In this document: positions 34,027-34,899 of the stretch, piece by piece | Layout: each line of letters begins with the position of its first letter | Position numbering within the stretch: position 1 is the stretch's first letter | Origin: Nitrosopumilaceae archaeon | GTDB taxonomy: Archaea > Thermoproteota > Nitrososphaeria > Nitrososphaerales > Nitrosopumilaceae | Direction: 5' to 3' | Assembly (NCBI GenBank): GCA_052389415.1 | Contig: JBQTHX010000027.1 | Location: forward strand, 1-34,899 | Length of the DNA stretch: 34,899 nt | The notes under the pieces: generated by a model | Database searches by the model: none | Told to the model about the DNA's origin: nothing | Seen by the model: only the letters and a program-made list of their open reading frames with translations | Position numbers and translations under genes: made by a program

Positions 34027-34899
34027 CTAATTTGCATGCGAAGGAATCCAGCGATCAATGAATCGTTTTTGATTCTGCAGTACTACGATTCTGGACATGA
34101 TGCTTTCATCCATAACCGAAAAGACTTCACTTTTAGATGCAAGCTCAGAGGCGAAGTGGCGGACTTCGGACATATCTAACACGTTAGAATATTCTAGCCT
34201 GTTTGTAGATCGTCCGACATGCATGTATGACTTGATCTCTACAAAATGAGGATTTGCATGTTTTAACATCTTTGCAAATTCATGGATCAACTCATCACCA
34301 GAGTTGTACTCTTTGATCAAAGTAATTCTGAGTACTGTTCGTGTATTCATTTTTGAAAGCATTTCAAGGCTAGTATTCCATCTTTTCCAAGAATCCTTGT
34401 ATCTTGGTTTGTTGACTAGCTGAAAAACTTGCTCATTTGGAGCATTTGTAGAAAGATAAAGCTGTGTTGGAAGTGCATCCTCATCTTGTAATCTTTGTAA
34501 CATATCAGGTTCCTGACCATTTGTGACAAGAAATATTGATTTTGTTTCAGAAAGTGTCTTTAGATATTTAATTAGTTGTGGAAGTTTTGGGTACATGGTT
34601 GGTTCACCAGAAAGTGAAATAGCATAGTGTGTAGGCAACAATGACTCGTCAAGCTTTTTCTTATCTTGATTTGGATCTCCATAATGTCCCATGATGAGTT
34701 TTCTTCTCTCTTCCATGAGATTTGCAACTACTTGTTCTGGTTCAGCAACCTTGTCTTCTGACATCTCCATAGAATTGTAAAACTCCATTGGTCTCCAGCA
34801 GTAGATGCACCTGTTTTCACAATACATTCCAGCTGGAGAAAACTCCATGCACCTATGTGTTGTGATTCCATAAAACTTCATCTTGTAACAATCTCCTTC
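34027..34899 (-). CDS. taw1: 4-demethylwyosine synthase Taw1/TYW1 (radical SAM), 5' part outside the window
   Basis: The frame is open to the window edge (EGDCYKMKFYGITTHRC). CENRCIYCWRP, AISLSGEPT.YP, FLVTNG and EIKSYM..G.S..RL motifs. Confidence 0.95.
   Translation of the reverse strand, partial: EGDCYKMKFYGITTHRCMEFSPAGMYCENRCIYCWRPMEFYNSMEMSEDKVAEPEQVVANLMEERRKLIMGHYGDPNQDKKKLDESLLPTHYAISLSGEPTMYPKLPQLIKYLKTLSETKSIFLVTNGQEPDMLQRLQDEDALPTQLYLSTNAPNEQVFQLVNKPRYKDSWKRWNTSLEMLSKMNTRTVLRITLIKEYNSGDELIHEFAKMLKHANPHFVEIKSYMHVGRSTNRLEYSNVLDMSEVRHFASELASKSEVFSVMDESIMSRIVVLQNQKRFIDRWIPSHAN

Noticed and set aside
1-34899. CRISPR arrays, IS elements, rRNA genes, tRNA introns
   Set aside because: By eye I saw no regularly spaced repeats, transposase motifs or rRNA-like GC-rich tracts, and both tRNAs fold without an intron.

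Overview
AT-rich archaeal chromosomal window, most consistent with an ammonia-oxidising thaumarchaeon (Nitrososphaerota, Nitrosopumilales-like). This is inferred from gene content: tetraether lipid synthase Tes, archaeosine TgtA, Taw1, split Kae1/Bud32, pelota, F420 enzymes, and a Rieske/cytochrome b/cupredoxin complex III cluster without cytochrome c1. Most of the window is core genes plus two tRNA-Arg genes. I saw no transposase, integrase or CRISPR array. Three elements are absent from the ORF track: (i) a box C/D guide sRNA (1156-1220) whose D guide fits the anticodon arm of tRNA-Leu(CAA), with the +5 rule landing on wobble C34; (ii) a 51-aa Cys/His microprotein (1678-1833, minus) behind a DtxR-family regulator; (iii) a perfect 23-bp operator-like palindrome (10697-10719). 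The most intriguing protein is a 195-aa membrane protein (11075-11662) with two D-x3-H-x12-H motifs arranged like the two metal sites of AmoC/PmoC, lying away from any amo gene in this window. There is also a DUF59-PqqD fusion and a small surface-glycan-type cluster containing a glutaminase-less asparagine-synthase-like enzyme. All calls come from motif reading and recalled family knowledge; no searches were run.
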